Assembly: GCA_037445735.1 (NCBI GenBank)
Contig: JBBIJY010000005.1
Coordinates: 32,001-96,000 of the forward strand
DNA from: Armatimonadota bacterium
GTDB lineage: Bacteria > Armatimonadota > Fimbriimonadia > Fimbriimonadales > GBS-DC
Length of the DNA stretch: 64,000 bases
Reading direction: 5' to 3'
Below the pieces are notes generated by a model, which saw nothing but the letters and a program-made list of their open reading frames with translations, was not told where the DNA came from and searched no databases. This document shows positions 1 through 9,111 of the stretch, piece by piece; the first letter of the stretch is position 1, and each line of letters begins with the position of its first letter. Made by a program: the position numbers and the translations under genes.

Positions 1-1892
1 ACCGAGCAGGGTTTATTTGCAGCGGGTGATTTATCCCGATCTGGCATACGGTGGCGTGGTGGAGAGCTCGGGCGCAGGGTATCGGCTAGAATACCTGGAC
101 GGTCAGCTGGAGTATCAGCGGCTGACCCGTGTGGTGGATCGGGCGGGTTATGCGACCAGTTATGGCTACAGTGGGGCGCGCTGTGTCTGGTTCCAGTATG
201 AGGGGCGTCCGCCGGAGGGTAACGAGTTGCGAGCGAAGGTGTTGCCGGAGGGTCGGGTGGTGGCATACACCTATGATTTAGAGGGGCGGTTGTTGACGAT
301 GCAGGAGGCGGGACGGACGACGACCTGGACTTATCAGGATAGCACAGGCTTTTTGGAGAGCGTCTCCTCGCCTGAGGGCACGATAGAGTACAGCTGGCAG
401 AACGGGCTGTTGCACACGGTGGTGGTGCAGCCTGCGGGTGGGACGCGACAGGAGTGGCAATATACTTACAACGCAGCAGACGAGCTGGAGCGAGTGGATC
501 GTCTGGTGAACGGTTCGTGGCAGGTGGAGGTGCAGTATGAGCGGGATGGCTTTGGGCGATTGTGGCGAGTGCGGTATGGGAACGGCACGGTGGTGGAGTA
601 TGGGTATGATGGGGCGGATCGGGTGCGGAGCGAGACCTACAAGGTGGGCAGCACGCCCTATCGGGCGGTGGAGTATGAGCGGGATGGGTTAGGGCGGCTC
701 TGGCGCAAGCACGAGTATGTGTGGCAGGGGAGCCGTCGGCAGTGGCAGGCGACAGTGGAGTATACTTACGACCATCAGGGTCAGCTGGTTGGGGAGGTGC
801 GGAGGGGCACGAATGCGTACACGATAGCATATGGGTATGATAAGGTGGGCAATCGGTTGACGCGCACGCGCGTGGTGAACGGGCAGAGTTTTGAGGATGC
901 GCTGGTGTATAACGAGGCGAACCAGTTGGTGTCGTGGAACGGTCAGAGCTGGGAGTATGATTTAGATGGGAATGGGGTGGTGCGTCGGGCGAACGGGGAG
1001 ACCTGGTTGCTGGGTTATGATGCGGAGGGGAACCTGGTGAGTTTACAGAAGCAGGGCGAAGCTGTGGGTTGGGTGTATGAATATGATGGTTTAGGTCGTC
1101 GGGTGCGTTCGGTGCGTGGCACGCTGGAGGTGGCGTATCTCTATTCAGGGGATACGCTTGTTGCCGAGCGCACTAACGGCAACTGGGTATACTACGGCTA
1201 CGGTGGTGCGATGTACGCCCAGACATCCAGCACAGGGATGGAGTATAAACACTGGAGCTGGCGTGGGGACCTGATGGCGAAGTCGGGTGCCAGTGGTGCA
1301 TATTCGCCTGCGCCGATTACGGACGCTTTTGGCGATTTGGTGAGTGAGACAGCGCGGGATACCTATGACTGGAACGGTGCGTGGGGTTATCGGAACGAGG
1401 CGTTCACGGGCGGGTTGCAGAAGGTAGGGGTTCGGTGGTATGACCCTGCAGTGGGTCGGTTTTTGCAGCTGGATCCGTGGGTTGGGGTCTCTTTATGCGC
1501 CGCTGACGCTGAATGCGTATGGGTATTGCTTGAATGATCCGCTAAAATGGGTCGACCCAGATGGTGAGCAGGTTGCGGAAGCGGTTGCTGTCGGTGGAAC
1601 TTTGGCACTTGCTGATGGACCTCTGCCGGTTGGTGAAATTATCGGGGCAGCTGTTGTGATTGGTGCGATTATAGTTTGTTTGGCAAGGGGAAGAAGCGGA
1701 GGTGATGACCCTGCTAAGGATAGGGCGCGTGAGCGAGAACACGGACGTCGCAAGTACGAAGAAAGGCGAAAACACAAAGATGAAATGGAAAGGCGGCTTC
1801 GGGAAGGGGATGAGCGACCTGCCCCTCGCCCCAGATACAAGCAACCGCGCAATATTCGTGATGATGAGTTACCACCTGACCGCCTACCCTGA
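1..1892 (+). pseudogene. RHS/YD-repeat polymorphic toxin, 5'-truncated by the window edge, with a +1 frameshift at ~1479-1487 just before the C-terminal toxin
   Basis: YD/YxYD repeats and core motif [18 protein letters not shown] in the 17..1537 frame. The conserved continuation [28 protein letters not shown] lies in the 1440..1892 frame. Removing one G from the GGG/GGGG runs joins them. Confidence 0.85.
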
Positions 1893-1901
1893 CTTTGCTC
1901 A

Positions 1902-2669
1902 ATGAGTGCCGAACTGGTATCATGTAATGTGGAGGCTTATCGAATGAGGGGCAGTCGCAACGGAAATAAGGCAATTATGGGCTTGGGCACATTGGCAGCC
2001 ATAATAGACCATCGTGCAGCGCGATCTACAGTTCTGTCAGGACGTGCATGCGACATGGCCGAGCGCCTACTGGCAGAGGGTGATTTCGGGGAAGCACTGA
2101 ATATGGTACTTCCCGTGATCGTGAAGGGCGATGATGGGATAGTGGAGCGAGCCAGGAAGATCGCCGCGCTTGCCCTAGAAGCACTGGCAGATCAGAGTCA
2201 CGATCAAGGCGACGCGGAAGGTGAACTGGGTTATCTGGAACAGTGGTTAGCCATTCAGCCCAACGCGCTCTATCCTCAGATCAGGCGTGCAGAGATTCTA
2301 TGGTTGGAGATGGAGAACGGGCAAAAGGCGTACCGTGCTTACAGAGAAGCTGCTGAAAAGCATCCATGCAGCATAGAAGCTTGGCTTGGTTTAGCGCAGA
2401 TTGATCTAGCACAAAATCATCTGCATAAAGCCGTGCGCCATTTGAAAAGAGCATGGGGTTGCCTGAAAAACGCAGAGTGGGGCTATCCGCCAACAGCAGG
2501 GGTTGTTATGAATGTGCTTGAGACACTTTATGTGCTAACCGCGCGTGTTTATGCTGCTTTTGATGAGAAGGATCTGGCAGAGCAAGTACTTTTACAGGGT
2601 ATCCAGATTCTGGATGAGCCATCTTTGTACATCAGCGATTACTTAAAGGATTTACGTGCGAACCAGTGA
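1902..2669 (+). CDS. TPR-like helical repeat protein, candidate immunity/partner of the RHS toxin (start may be 1944 or 1977)
   Basis: TPR-like segments (AYRAYREAAEKHPCSIEAWLGLAQIDLAQNHLHKAVRHLKRA); begins directly after the RHS stop; lower GC. Confidence 0.6.
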   Translation: MSAELVSCNVEAYRMRGSRNGNKAIMGLGTLAAIIDHRAARSTVLSGRACDMAERLLAEGDFGEALNMVLPVIVKGDDGIVERARKIAALALEALADQSHDQGDAEGELGYLEQWLAIQPNALYPQIRRAEILWLEMENGQKAYRAYREAAEKHPCSIEAWLGLAQIDLAQNHLHKAVRHLKRAWGCLKNAEWGYPPTAGVVMNVLETLYVLTARVYAAFDEKDLAEQVLLQGIQILDEPSLYISDYLKDLRANQ

Positions 2670-2710
2670 GAGGCGGTCCAGTAATTCCGTGCCTGATGAA
2701 GACGGCCGAA

Positions 2711-2812
2711 CCTGTTCCTAATAGACGAAGCTAGCCTTCGCTGACCATCACGACTCGGTATGCCTGCACCCCAAGCCAGCTGACGCAGGTCGGCTTCGTC
2801 GCATAGGAACGG
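2711..2812. repeat. Long imperfect inverted repeat (REP-like)
   Basis: ctgttcctaatagacgaagctagccttcg (~2712-2740) is complementary, with wobbles and mismatches, to cgcaggtcggcttcgtcgcataggaacgg (~2784-2812). Confidence 0.55.
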
Positions 2813-2813
2813 C

Positions 2814-2942
2814 ATGAGATGGCTCATAGACGCGCCGCTGCCGATGCGACTGGCGGCTTACTTGAGATAGCGGGGAGTAGAGGTGCTTCATCCTGCTGAG
2901 ATGCTTCTGGGCAACCACACGCCAGACGACGCAATCAAAACC
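2814..2942 (+). pseudogene. DUF5615-type PIN-like protein remnant
   Basis: Translates MRWLIDAPLPMRLAAYLR*RGVEVLHPAEMLLGNHTPDDAIK, resembling DUF5615 N-termini; in-frame TAG at 2868-2870; similarity lost after ~2940. Confidence 0.65.
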
Positions 2943-3090
2943 GACCAGTACCCCTCCGTGAGGTTCCCCCTGCCAGCAGGGAAACCTGCAGGAGGGGGCG
3001 CGCTGGTTTCCTGTGCTTGTCGGCAAGACCTCTCAGACCGAAGGGGAGCGACAATTCATAGGTCGCTTCTCAGAGGGTACACTTTCCTGG

Positions 3091-3729
3091 ATGGGCGATT
3101 GGAAGCGTGAGCGTTTGCGCGGCGTGTATGTGATCACTGACCCGCAGTTAGGTGGGGGGCACCTCGCTGGGGCGCGGGCGGCGCTGCAGGGCGGCGCACG
3201 CATCATTCAGCTGCGCGATAAGCACGCCACCACGCGCCAGCTCATAGAGTACGCTCTGGCACTGCGCACGCTCACCCGCGACTATGACGCCCTGCTGATT
3301 ATCAACGACCGCCTCGATGTGGCGTTAGCGGTGGAAGCCGACGGCGTGCATCTGGGTCAGGACGACATGCCCATTGCGCTGGCGCGGCGGCTGACAGGCG
3401 AAGGGCTGATTATCGGCGTGTCGGCGGAAACCGTCGAGGAGGCAGTGCGTGCCGAAGCGGACGGCGCCGACTATTTAGGGGTCGGACCGATGTTCACCAC
3501 CGCCACCAAGCCCGACGCCGGCACGCCCGTCGGACCTGAACGCCTGCGAGCAATCAAGCAGCGCGTGCGCATTCCTGTGTTCGGCATCGGCGGTATCACG
3601 CTGGCGAACGCCCCGCAGGTGCTGCAGGCGGGCGCGGACGGCATCTGTGTGATTTCAGCCGTTTTAACGGCGCCCGATCCTGCCGAAGCCACACGCCAGT
3701 TAGTGGCTCTCTTCGAGTCGCACCGTTAG
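3091..3729 (+). CDS. thiE: Thiamine-phosphate synthase
   Basis: QLRDK, IINDRLDVA, GVHLGQDD, F-T-TK and GIGGI motifs; start set at ATG 3091 behind TACACT. Confidence 0.95.
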   Translation: MGDWKRERLRGVYVITDPQLGGGHLAGARAALQGGARIIQLRDKHATTRQLIEYALALRTLTRDYDALLIINDRLDVALAVEADGVHLGQDDMPIALARRLTGEGLIIGVSAETVEEAVRAEADGADYLGVGPMFTTATKPDAGTPVGPERLRAIKQRVRIPVFGIGGITLANAPQVLQAGADGICVISAVLTAPDPAEATRQLVALFESHR

Positions 3730-6218
3730 CGGCTCTCCACGCGGTGAACCGTCGCCCACACATGGCGATAAGCGTCCAGATTGCGCGGCTGCTTGCGTGC
3801 CTGCACGATGTCCAGATAGAGCGTGGCAATCTCGTAGGGGCGCATCTTCAGTTCCAGCTGGCTGCAGGGGTGAATATCCCCCGTCGGGGGCGATTCGGAC
3901 ACCATGAGCGACTCGATGGGTTCACCTAACAGGTTGGTGCGGATGGCGCGGGCGACCTCGCCCGCCACGCGCAGGCGCACGCGCGTCGCCTCGCCGTTAA
4001 ACTCCACCAGCCGCAGCACGATGGGAAACTCCATCCCGCGCCCGGCGTAATCGCTCAGGTTCATCCCTGCGAACCGCTCCGATTCGCGATAGAGCGCCGT
4101 CAGCAGCACATTGGGCGCGTCGCACCAGACGCAGCCGAAGGATGGTGGCAAATCGCCCGATGGCGTCTCGCTTCGCGCTACCAGCACGGGGCGATTGAAC
4201 TCCTGCGCCAGCCGCCACCGCTCAGCGTGGGTCAGCGCGCGATGGGGCAATAGACGCACGCGAACCTCCAGCGTGTCCACGAAGTAATCCTCATCCCAGG
4301 GGTCATACAGGGTCAGGATGTGGCGCACGCGCTCGCCATCGCGCAGGAACGCCTGACTCCCGTCATGCAGGTAGAGCAGTCCGCGCTCGCCCGCGTCGAA
4401 ATCGAGCAGTTGCAGCGCGGTGAAGGGGTTGCGCACCTCTTCAAACACCTGCGGGGAGGTCATCCAGTCGCCGGTGGGGTACTTGCGCAGGTAAGTTCCT
4501 TCCGCCCGAATCGGGCTGACGCCGTAGGGATGGTCATGAATGAGGCGGTATTCGGGCAGATTGGGCGCGAGCGTGGTCATCAGCGCGTTTCGGATGCCCC
4601 CATCAGGGCGCGGCAGGCGTTGTGCCCGATAGCATAAATCGAGCGCGTCGCATTCGGGTGCGAGGCTCACCTCCATCTGAATGCGGGCGCCCGCCCTGCC
4701 GTTGCGCTCGATGAGAACCGTTTCGCCCTGCACGCGCACGAATGCCTCCTCAAAGCGCTCCACCTCGCCCTGGCGTATCATCTGCAGCGTGCCGAGCGGT
4801 TCGTCGGGGCGCAGGATGCCTTCGGGGAACTCCGCGCTGAATAGCTGGGTGATGACGCCGCGAGCGCGGTCGATAACCACCTGCAACGCGCCGCGTTGTA
4901 AGCGCACGGTGGCGCCATCTGCTTCGATCTGCACGGGGCGGGGCGATTCAGAATCGTCAGAGGGTTGCACCACGCGATAGCCGAAGGGTGGCAGCGAGCG
5001 CAGGAGTCGGCGCTGCCCGGTGGCGGGGTCGGTGATGCAGGCGTCGCGTTGCCAGCCGAGCGGGTTGTAGACCACGAGTCGCCCTGCTGCGCCCGTTGTT
5101 CGCGTCGCGAGCAGGCGCATCGTGCGCTCAAGCACATGCCCGCTCAGCGCGAGGCTGCGCTCGTAGGAGCGTCGCCCGATGTGCCCGCACAGCCCCTCGC
5201 ATTCATCGTTATCATGGTGCTGGGCGGCAAGCAGTTCCCACCACGCCTCCTCCAGCTCCCACACGGGATAGACATCCCAGTGCGCGTAGGGTCGCCCGAA
5301 AAGCCCCATCAGTGCGCACACGGTTTCAGCGGCGAGCAGCGACTGCTCCGCGCGACGGCTCAACCGCCGAAACAGGTCGCCGTTCTTGCCCAGGCTCAGC
5401 CCGTGAAACACATCATCCAGCGTGTAGCGGCGCGGCTGTGCCAGCTCGCGAGCCTGCTCCAGATATTCAGAGAGGGTCACGAAGCGCAGCTCAAACTCGG
5501 GTCGGCTCATCAGCGCGCGCAGGGGCGGTAGCATCAGCTCCGCACGGCACATCCAGTCGGGTGAGGGCATCAACTCCAGCCATTGCACGATGCACGGCAT
5601 CGGCATCTGATGCAGCTCAGGGCTATCTAACAGCGCGGCGAAATCCTCGGGCCACTGGTGCAGATTGAGCTGATGGCGCGGCGCGGTCAGCAGGCGCGAG
5701 CCGTCCTGACCCTCCCAGTAGATGGCGGGCACCTCCTCGACAGGCAGCGCGGGCGTGTGCCATGTCCACTGGAAAAAGAGGCAGGCATACTCGTAGCCCA
5801 CACCCCGCAGAATCTGGGGCAGCTGCGGGAAGAAGTCGAACTCCTCTTCCCAGAAGGTACGCGGGCGGATACCAAGCAAGCGCATCACCGTCCGCACGCC
5901 ATACACACGCTGGCGAATGTTCGACTCGCCCCCGTGAAACAGCCCGTAGGGTTGACCGTATGATGCGCCCACCACCTCAATCTGCCCGCGCTGGATGGCA
6001 TCACGCAGCTCGGCGAGCGCATCGGGCGCCTCCGCTGCCATCCGCTCGTAGCCGACCGCATCGAAGTTGATATTGCCTTTCGCGCCCGTTTCCGCACAAA
6101 AACGCAACATATCGCGCACCGAGTCGGGCAGCACACCGTAGCCCCACAGCCACTCCATATCGACCCAGTGCATATGGTTGCCAAAGGTATAGAAGAGGGT
6201 TGTGCGGGTATTAGCCAT
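3726..6218 (-). CDS. Glycoside hydrolase family 38-like (alpha-mannosidase-like) protein, divergent
   Basis: N-terminal H-x-H-W-V-D-x-x-WLW, GESNIRQ, PQLPQI, YWEGQDGS, QHHD, YNPLGW and C-terminal RPYEIATL pattern of GH38. Confidence 0.75.
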   Translation of the reverse strand: MANTRTTLFYTFGNHMHWVDMEWLWGYGVLPDSVRDMLRFCAETGAKGNINFDAVGYERMAAEAPDALAELRDAIQRGQIEVVGASYGQPYGLFHGGESNIRQRVYGVRTVMRLLGIRPRTFWEEEFDFFPQLPQILRGVGYEYACLFFQWTWHTPALPVEEVPAIYWEGQDGSRLLTAPRHQLNLHQWPEDFAALLDSPELHQMPMPCIVQWLELMPSPDWMCRAELMLPPLRALMSRPEFELRFVTLSEYLEQARELAQPRRYTLDDVFHGLSLGKNGDLFRRLSRRAEQSLLAAETVCALMGLFGRPYAHWDVYPVWELEEAWWELLAAQHHDNDECEGLCGHIGRRSYERSLALSGHVLERTMRLLATRTTGAAGRLVVYNPLGWQRDACITDPATGQRRLLRSLPPFGYRVVQPSDDSESPRPVQIEADGATVRLQRGALQVVIDRARGVITQLFSAEFPEGILRPDEPLGTLQMIRQGEVERFEEAFVRVQGETVLIERNGRAGARIQMEVSLAPECDALDLCYRAQRLPRPDGGIRNALMTTLAPNLPEYRLIHDHPYGVSPIRAEGTYLRKYPTGDWMTSPQVFEEVRNPFTALQLLDFDAGERGLLYLHDGSQAFLRDGERVRHILTLYDPWDEDYFVDTLEVRVRLLPHRALTHAERWRLAQEFNRPVLVARSETPSGDLPPSFGCVWCDAPNVLLTALYRESERFAGMNLSDYAGRGMEFPIVLRLVEFNGEATRVRLRVAGEVARAIRTNLLGEPIESLMVSESPPTGDIHPCSQLELKMRPYEIATLYLDIVQARKQPRNLDAYRHVWATVHRVESR

Positions 6219-7695
6219 TGTTGTTCCCCCGTCCGTTCTCGGCAGTGGTCGGCTCCTCAGGTGGCAGGGGTATCGCCTGCACCAGTCGGATGCGGTGTCC
6301 TTCCACTGCATGCACGCGCAGTTGCCAGCCGTTGGCGATCACCACATCGCCCTCGCTCGGCTGATGCCCCAGCATGCCGAACACGAAGCCACCGAGAGTG
6401 TCGAACTCTTCTGACTCCAGGCGCGTATTGAGCAGTTCGCTGGCGTCGTCGAGGTGCATGCGGGCATCGATGAGCAGCGAGCCGTCGGGCAGTGTTTGCA
6501 CAGGTTCCTCCGGCTCCACATCGTACTCGTCCTGAATCTCACCGACGATCTCCTCCACGAGGTCTTCAAGCGTTACCAGCCCTGCGGTGCCGCCGTACTC
6601 GTCCTGCACGATAGCCATATGGACGCGCTGGCGGCGTAGCTCCTGCAGCAGCTCCACCACGCGCTTGCTTTCGGGCACGAAGTAGGGCGGACGCATCATT
6701 TCGCGGATGGAGAGCTTCGGCGGTGCGCCCTCGCACAGGCGCAGCAGGTCCTTCGCGTGCAGGATGCCCAGAATGTTGTCCACACTGCCCTCATACACAG
6801 GGATGCGCGAGTGCCCTGTCTTGCGAATGAGCGCAATCGCCTCCTGCGGTGTGGCGTCGGCAGGGATGCACTTCATATCGACGCGCGGGGTCATCACCTC
6901 GCGGGCAATCGTGTCGGTGAACTCGAAGATGGACTGGATCATCTCCTTCTCCTGCTCTTCGATCACACCCTGCTCCTCGCCCGCTTCGACCAGCACGCGC
7001 AACTCTTCCTCGCTCACAACGGGCGCCAATCGCTGCGGCTGGATGCCGAACGGTCGCAAAATAAGGCGCGTGAGCGTGTTCACCAGCCACACGGGCGGCG
7101 CCAGCACCCGATCAATGAACACCATCGGCGCCGCGATGACGAGCGCGACCCGCTCCGGATAGGTCACCGCGATGCTTTTGGGCACAATCTCGCCCAGAAT
7201 GATGCTCGCGAAGCCGGTGAGCAGCGTGACGACGATCACGCTCAATCCGTAGAGCAGGCGCGACTCGATGGAGGCTTCTAACGGTTTAAGTGCGTGATAG
7301 AGCGGCTCAGCGAGATTGGTCGCCGCCACTGCTGATGCCAGGAAGCCCAGCAGCGTCACGCCCACCTGCACGGTGGAGAGGAAGCGTGTTGGCTCGCTCT
7401 TGAGCGCGTTCAAATGCGCCGCCATGCGGTGCTTCTGCTCCATCAGCAGGCGCACATAGCTGTGGCGAATGGAGATGAGCGCGGTCTCCGCCAGCGCAAA
7501 GAAGGCGTTGCCCAGCAGTAGCACCAGAATCAGCAGCAGGCTGGTGGTCGGGGTCAGCCCGCCCGCCGGAGGGGTTGCCCCACTCTCAACGGGCGATTGC
7601 CCATAAAAGAGCCAGATGAGCAGCCCTGCAAGCAGCGCGGTCAGCAGAAGGCGTTTCCGCCCCCTTCCGCTCACTCGGACAGAACTGTCTTCCAT
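6211..7695 (-). CDS. Hemolysin-family/CNNM protein (DUF21 TM + CBS pair + CorC_HlyC)
   Basis: NAFFALAETA, GEIVPKSIA, AREVMTPR, HSRIPVY, DEYGGTAGLVTLEDLVEEIVGEIQDEYD. Confidence 0.92.
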   Translation of the reverse strand: MEDSSVRVSGRGRKRLLLTALLAGLLIWLFYGQSPVESGATPPAGGLTPTTSLLLILVLLLGNAFFALAETALISIRHSYVRLLMEQKHRMAAHLNALKSEPTRFLSTVQVGVTLLGFLASAVAATNLAEPLYHALKPLEASIESRLLYGLSVIVVTLLTGFASIILGEIVPKSIAVTYPERVALVIAAPMVFIDRVLAPPVWLVNTLTRLILRPFGIQPQRLAPVVSEEELRVLVEAGEEQGVIEEQEKEMIQSIFEFTDTIAREVMTPRVDMKCIPADATPQEAIALIRKTGHSRIPVYEGSVDNILGILHAKDLLRLCEGAPPKLSIREMMRPPYFVPESKRVVELLQELRRQRVHMAIVQDEYGGTAGLVTLEDLVEEIVGEIQDEYDVEPEEPVQTLPDGSLLIDARMHLDDASELLNTRLESEEFDTLGGFVFGMLGHQPSEGDVVIANGWQLRVHAVEGHRIRLVQAIPLPPEEPTTAENGRGNNNG

Positions 7696-7712
7696 AGGGC
7701 GTCTCAACCTCC

Positions 7713-8528
7713 TCAGCGGGGCACGAGCCAGTAGATAAGGGCAGCCAGCCCGATGCCCAGCAGACTGCCCAGAATGACCTCCCGCAGGGTATGCACCTTC
7801 GCCTCCACACGGCTCTGCGCGACCAGCGTCGCCAGCAGCAGCGCCAGGATCGACGCCAGCAGGTTGCCCGACACGATAATAATGGCAATCGCGAAGAAGA
7901 AGCCGAGCGCGCTGTGCCCGCTCAGCACCCCGCCGTGAAACAGGCGCACCCGACCCTGCGTGGAGAGCACCTTCGCCAGCGACACAATCACAAAGATGAG
8001 GATGGTGCCGATGGTGACGGCGACGGTCATCGTCGGCTCGGCCCGCTCCATGCGCAGCCGAATCTGCTCCAGGCGCAGGTCGCCCATAAATAGCACCCAC
8101 GCGACCACAATCGCGTTCAGTGTGGCGACCAGCACCGCGCCCGCCGCGATGTCTTTGGCGAACTTCGCGCGCGGGTCATACTCCTGCGTTGCCAGATCAA
8201 CGGTGGCTTCAATCGCGGAGTTGAACATCTCGGCAATCAGCACGATGGAGATGGTGAACAGCAGCACGAGCATCTCGCGCTTATCGAGGCGGAACAGGAA
8301 ACCCATCAGCAGCACCAGCACCACGCTGAAGAAGTGGAACCGCATGTGGCGCTGGGTGCGCACGACGGCGATGATGCCCTCCAGCGCGTAGCGGAAGCTA
8401 TCCAGCGCATTGCGCCGCCACGGATGCCCCGTCGACGCCGAATCGCTCAACTCCGAGCCATCACTCGATGGCTCCGTCAGGTCGGATGGTTCTGGGCGTT
8501 CCACCGTTTCGCGCGAGTCATCTCTCAT
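7713..8528 (-). CDS. dgkA: Diacylglycerol/undecaprenol kinase fused to a PAP2-like domain
   Basis: SFRYALEG, EMFNSAIE, AKDIAAGAVL; C-terminal SGHSA...SRVEAKVH. Confidence 0.9.
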   Translation of the reverse strand: MRDDSRETVERPEPSDLTEPSSDGSELSDSASTGHPWRRNALDSFRYALEGIIAVVRTQRHMRFHFFSVVLVLLMGFLFRLDKREMLVLLFTISIVLIAEMFNSAIEATVDLATQEYDPRAKFAKDIAAGAVLVATLNAIVVAWVLFMGDLRLEQIRLRMERAEPTMTVAVTIGTILIFVIVSLAKVLSTQGRVRLFHGGVLSGHSALGFFFAIAIIIVSGNLLASILALLLATLVAQSRVEAKVHTLREVILGSLLGIGLAALIYWLVPR

Positions 8529-9111
8529 AATGGCGTGAGTACCACTCCTCCCTTGCTGCGTAGCCCAGCTCGCGCAGGGTCTCGACGGCGAGGCAGTTCA
8601 TCTGCGCACGCTGGGCGTCGGTCTCATCCTCGTAGCCGAGCAGGTGCAGGGTTCCGTGCAGGCACAGCATCAGGATCTCGGTGATGAGGTCGTGCCCGTT
8701 CGGTTCCGCCTGTTGCGCCGCCTGTTGAATGGAAACCACCACCTCGCCCAGCTGCAGCGCTTCACCGAACGGGTGGCTCAGCAGAATAACTTCGCCGTCC
8801 GTTATTAGCGGAAAGCTCAGCACATCGGTCGGCTGGGGCACACCCCGATAGCGGGCGTTCAGCGCGGCAATCGTCTCGCTAATGGTCAGCCAGATGCTGA
8901 TCTCCCACCGCGTGGCAGAGGGGATGGAGGTGAGGGTCGGCAAACCTGCACGCGCCACCAGACGCTGAACCGCCTGCGGAATCGCCACCGTCAGCAGGTG
9001 CTGAATCAGCGACTCTCGCTCGGCAGACGATGGGAGCAGCTGGGCGAGATAACGGTCGGCGTCCGGGTCGAGTTCCGCCGACACGCTCACCTCAGGGCAG
9101 ATGGGCAACAT
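8518..9111 (-). CDS. ybeY: rRNA maturation RNase YbeY
   Basis: PTDVLSFP and HGTLHLLGYED; note the third His of H3xH5xH is replaced here. Confidence 0.88.
   Translation of the reverse strand: MLPICPEVSVSAELDPDADRYLAQLLPSSAERESLIQHLLTVAIPQAVQRLVARAGLPTLTSIPSATRWEISIWLTISETIAALNARYRGVPQPTDVLSFPLITDGEVILLSHPFGEALQLGEVVVSIQQAAQQAEPNGHDLITEILMLCLHGTLHLLGYEDETDAQRAQMNCLAVETLRELGYAAREEWYSRHYER

Noticed and set aside
2685-2715. Hammerhead ribozyme (CTGATGA)
   Set aside because: No stem II followed by GAAA and no suitable flanking stems
2865-3000. TPP riboswitch upstream of thiE (GGGG...GCTGAGA)
   Set aside because: The downstream core (ACCTGA...TAAT...GCGNAGG) is missing, the stretch is explained by the PIN remnant, and thiE appears leaderless
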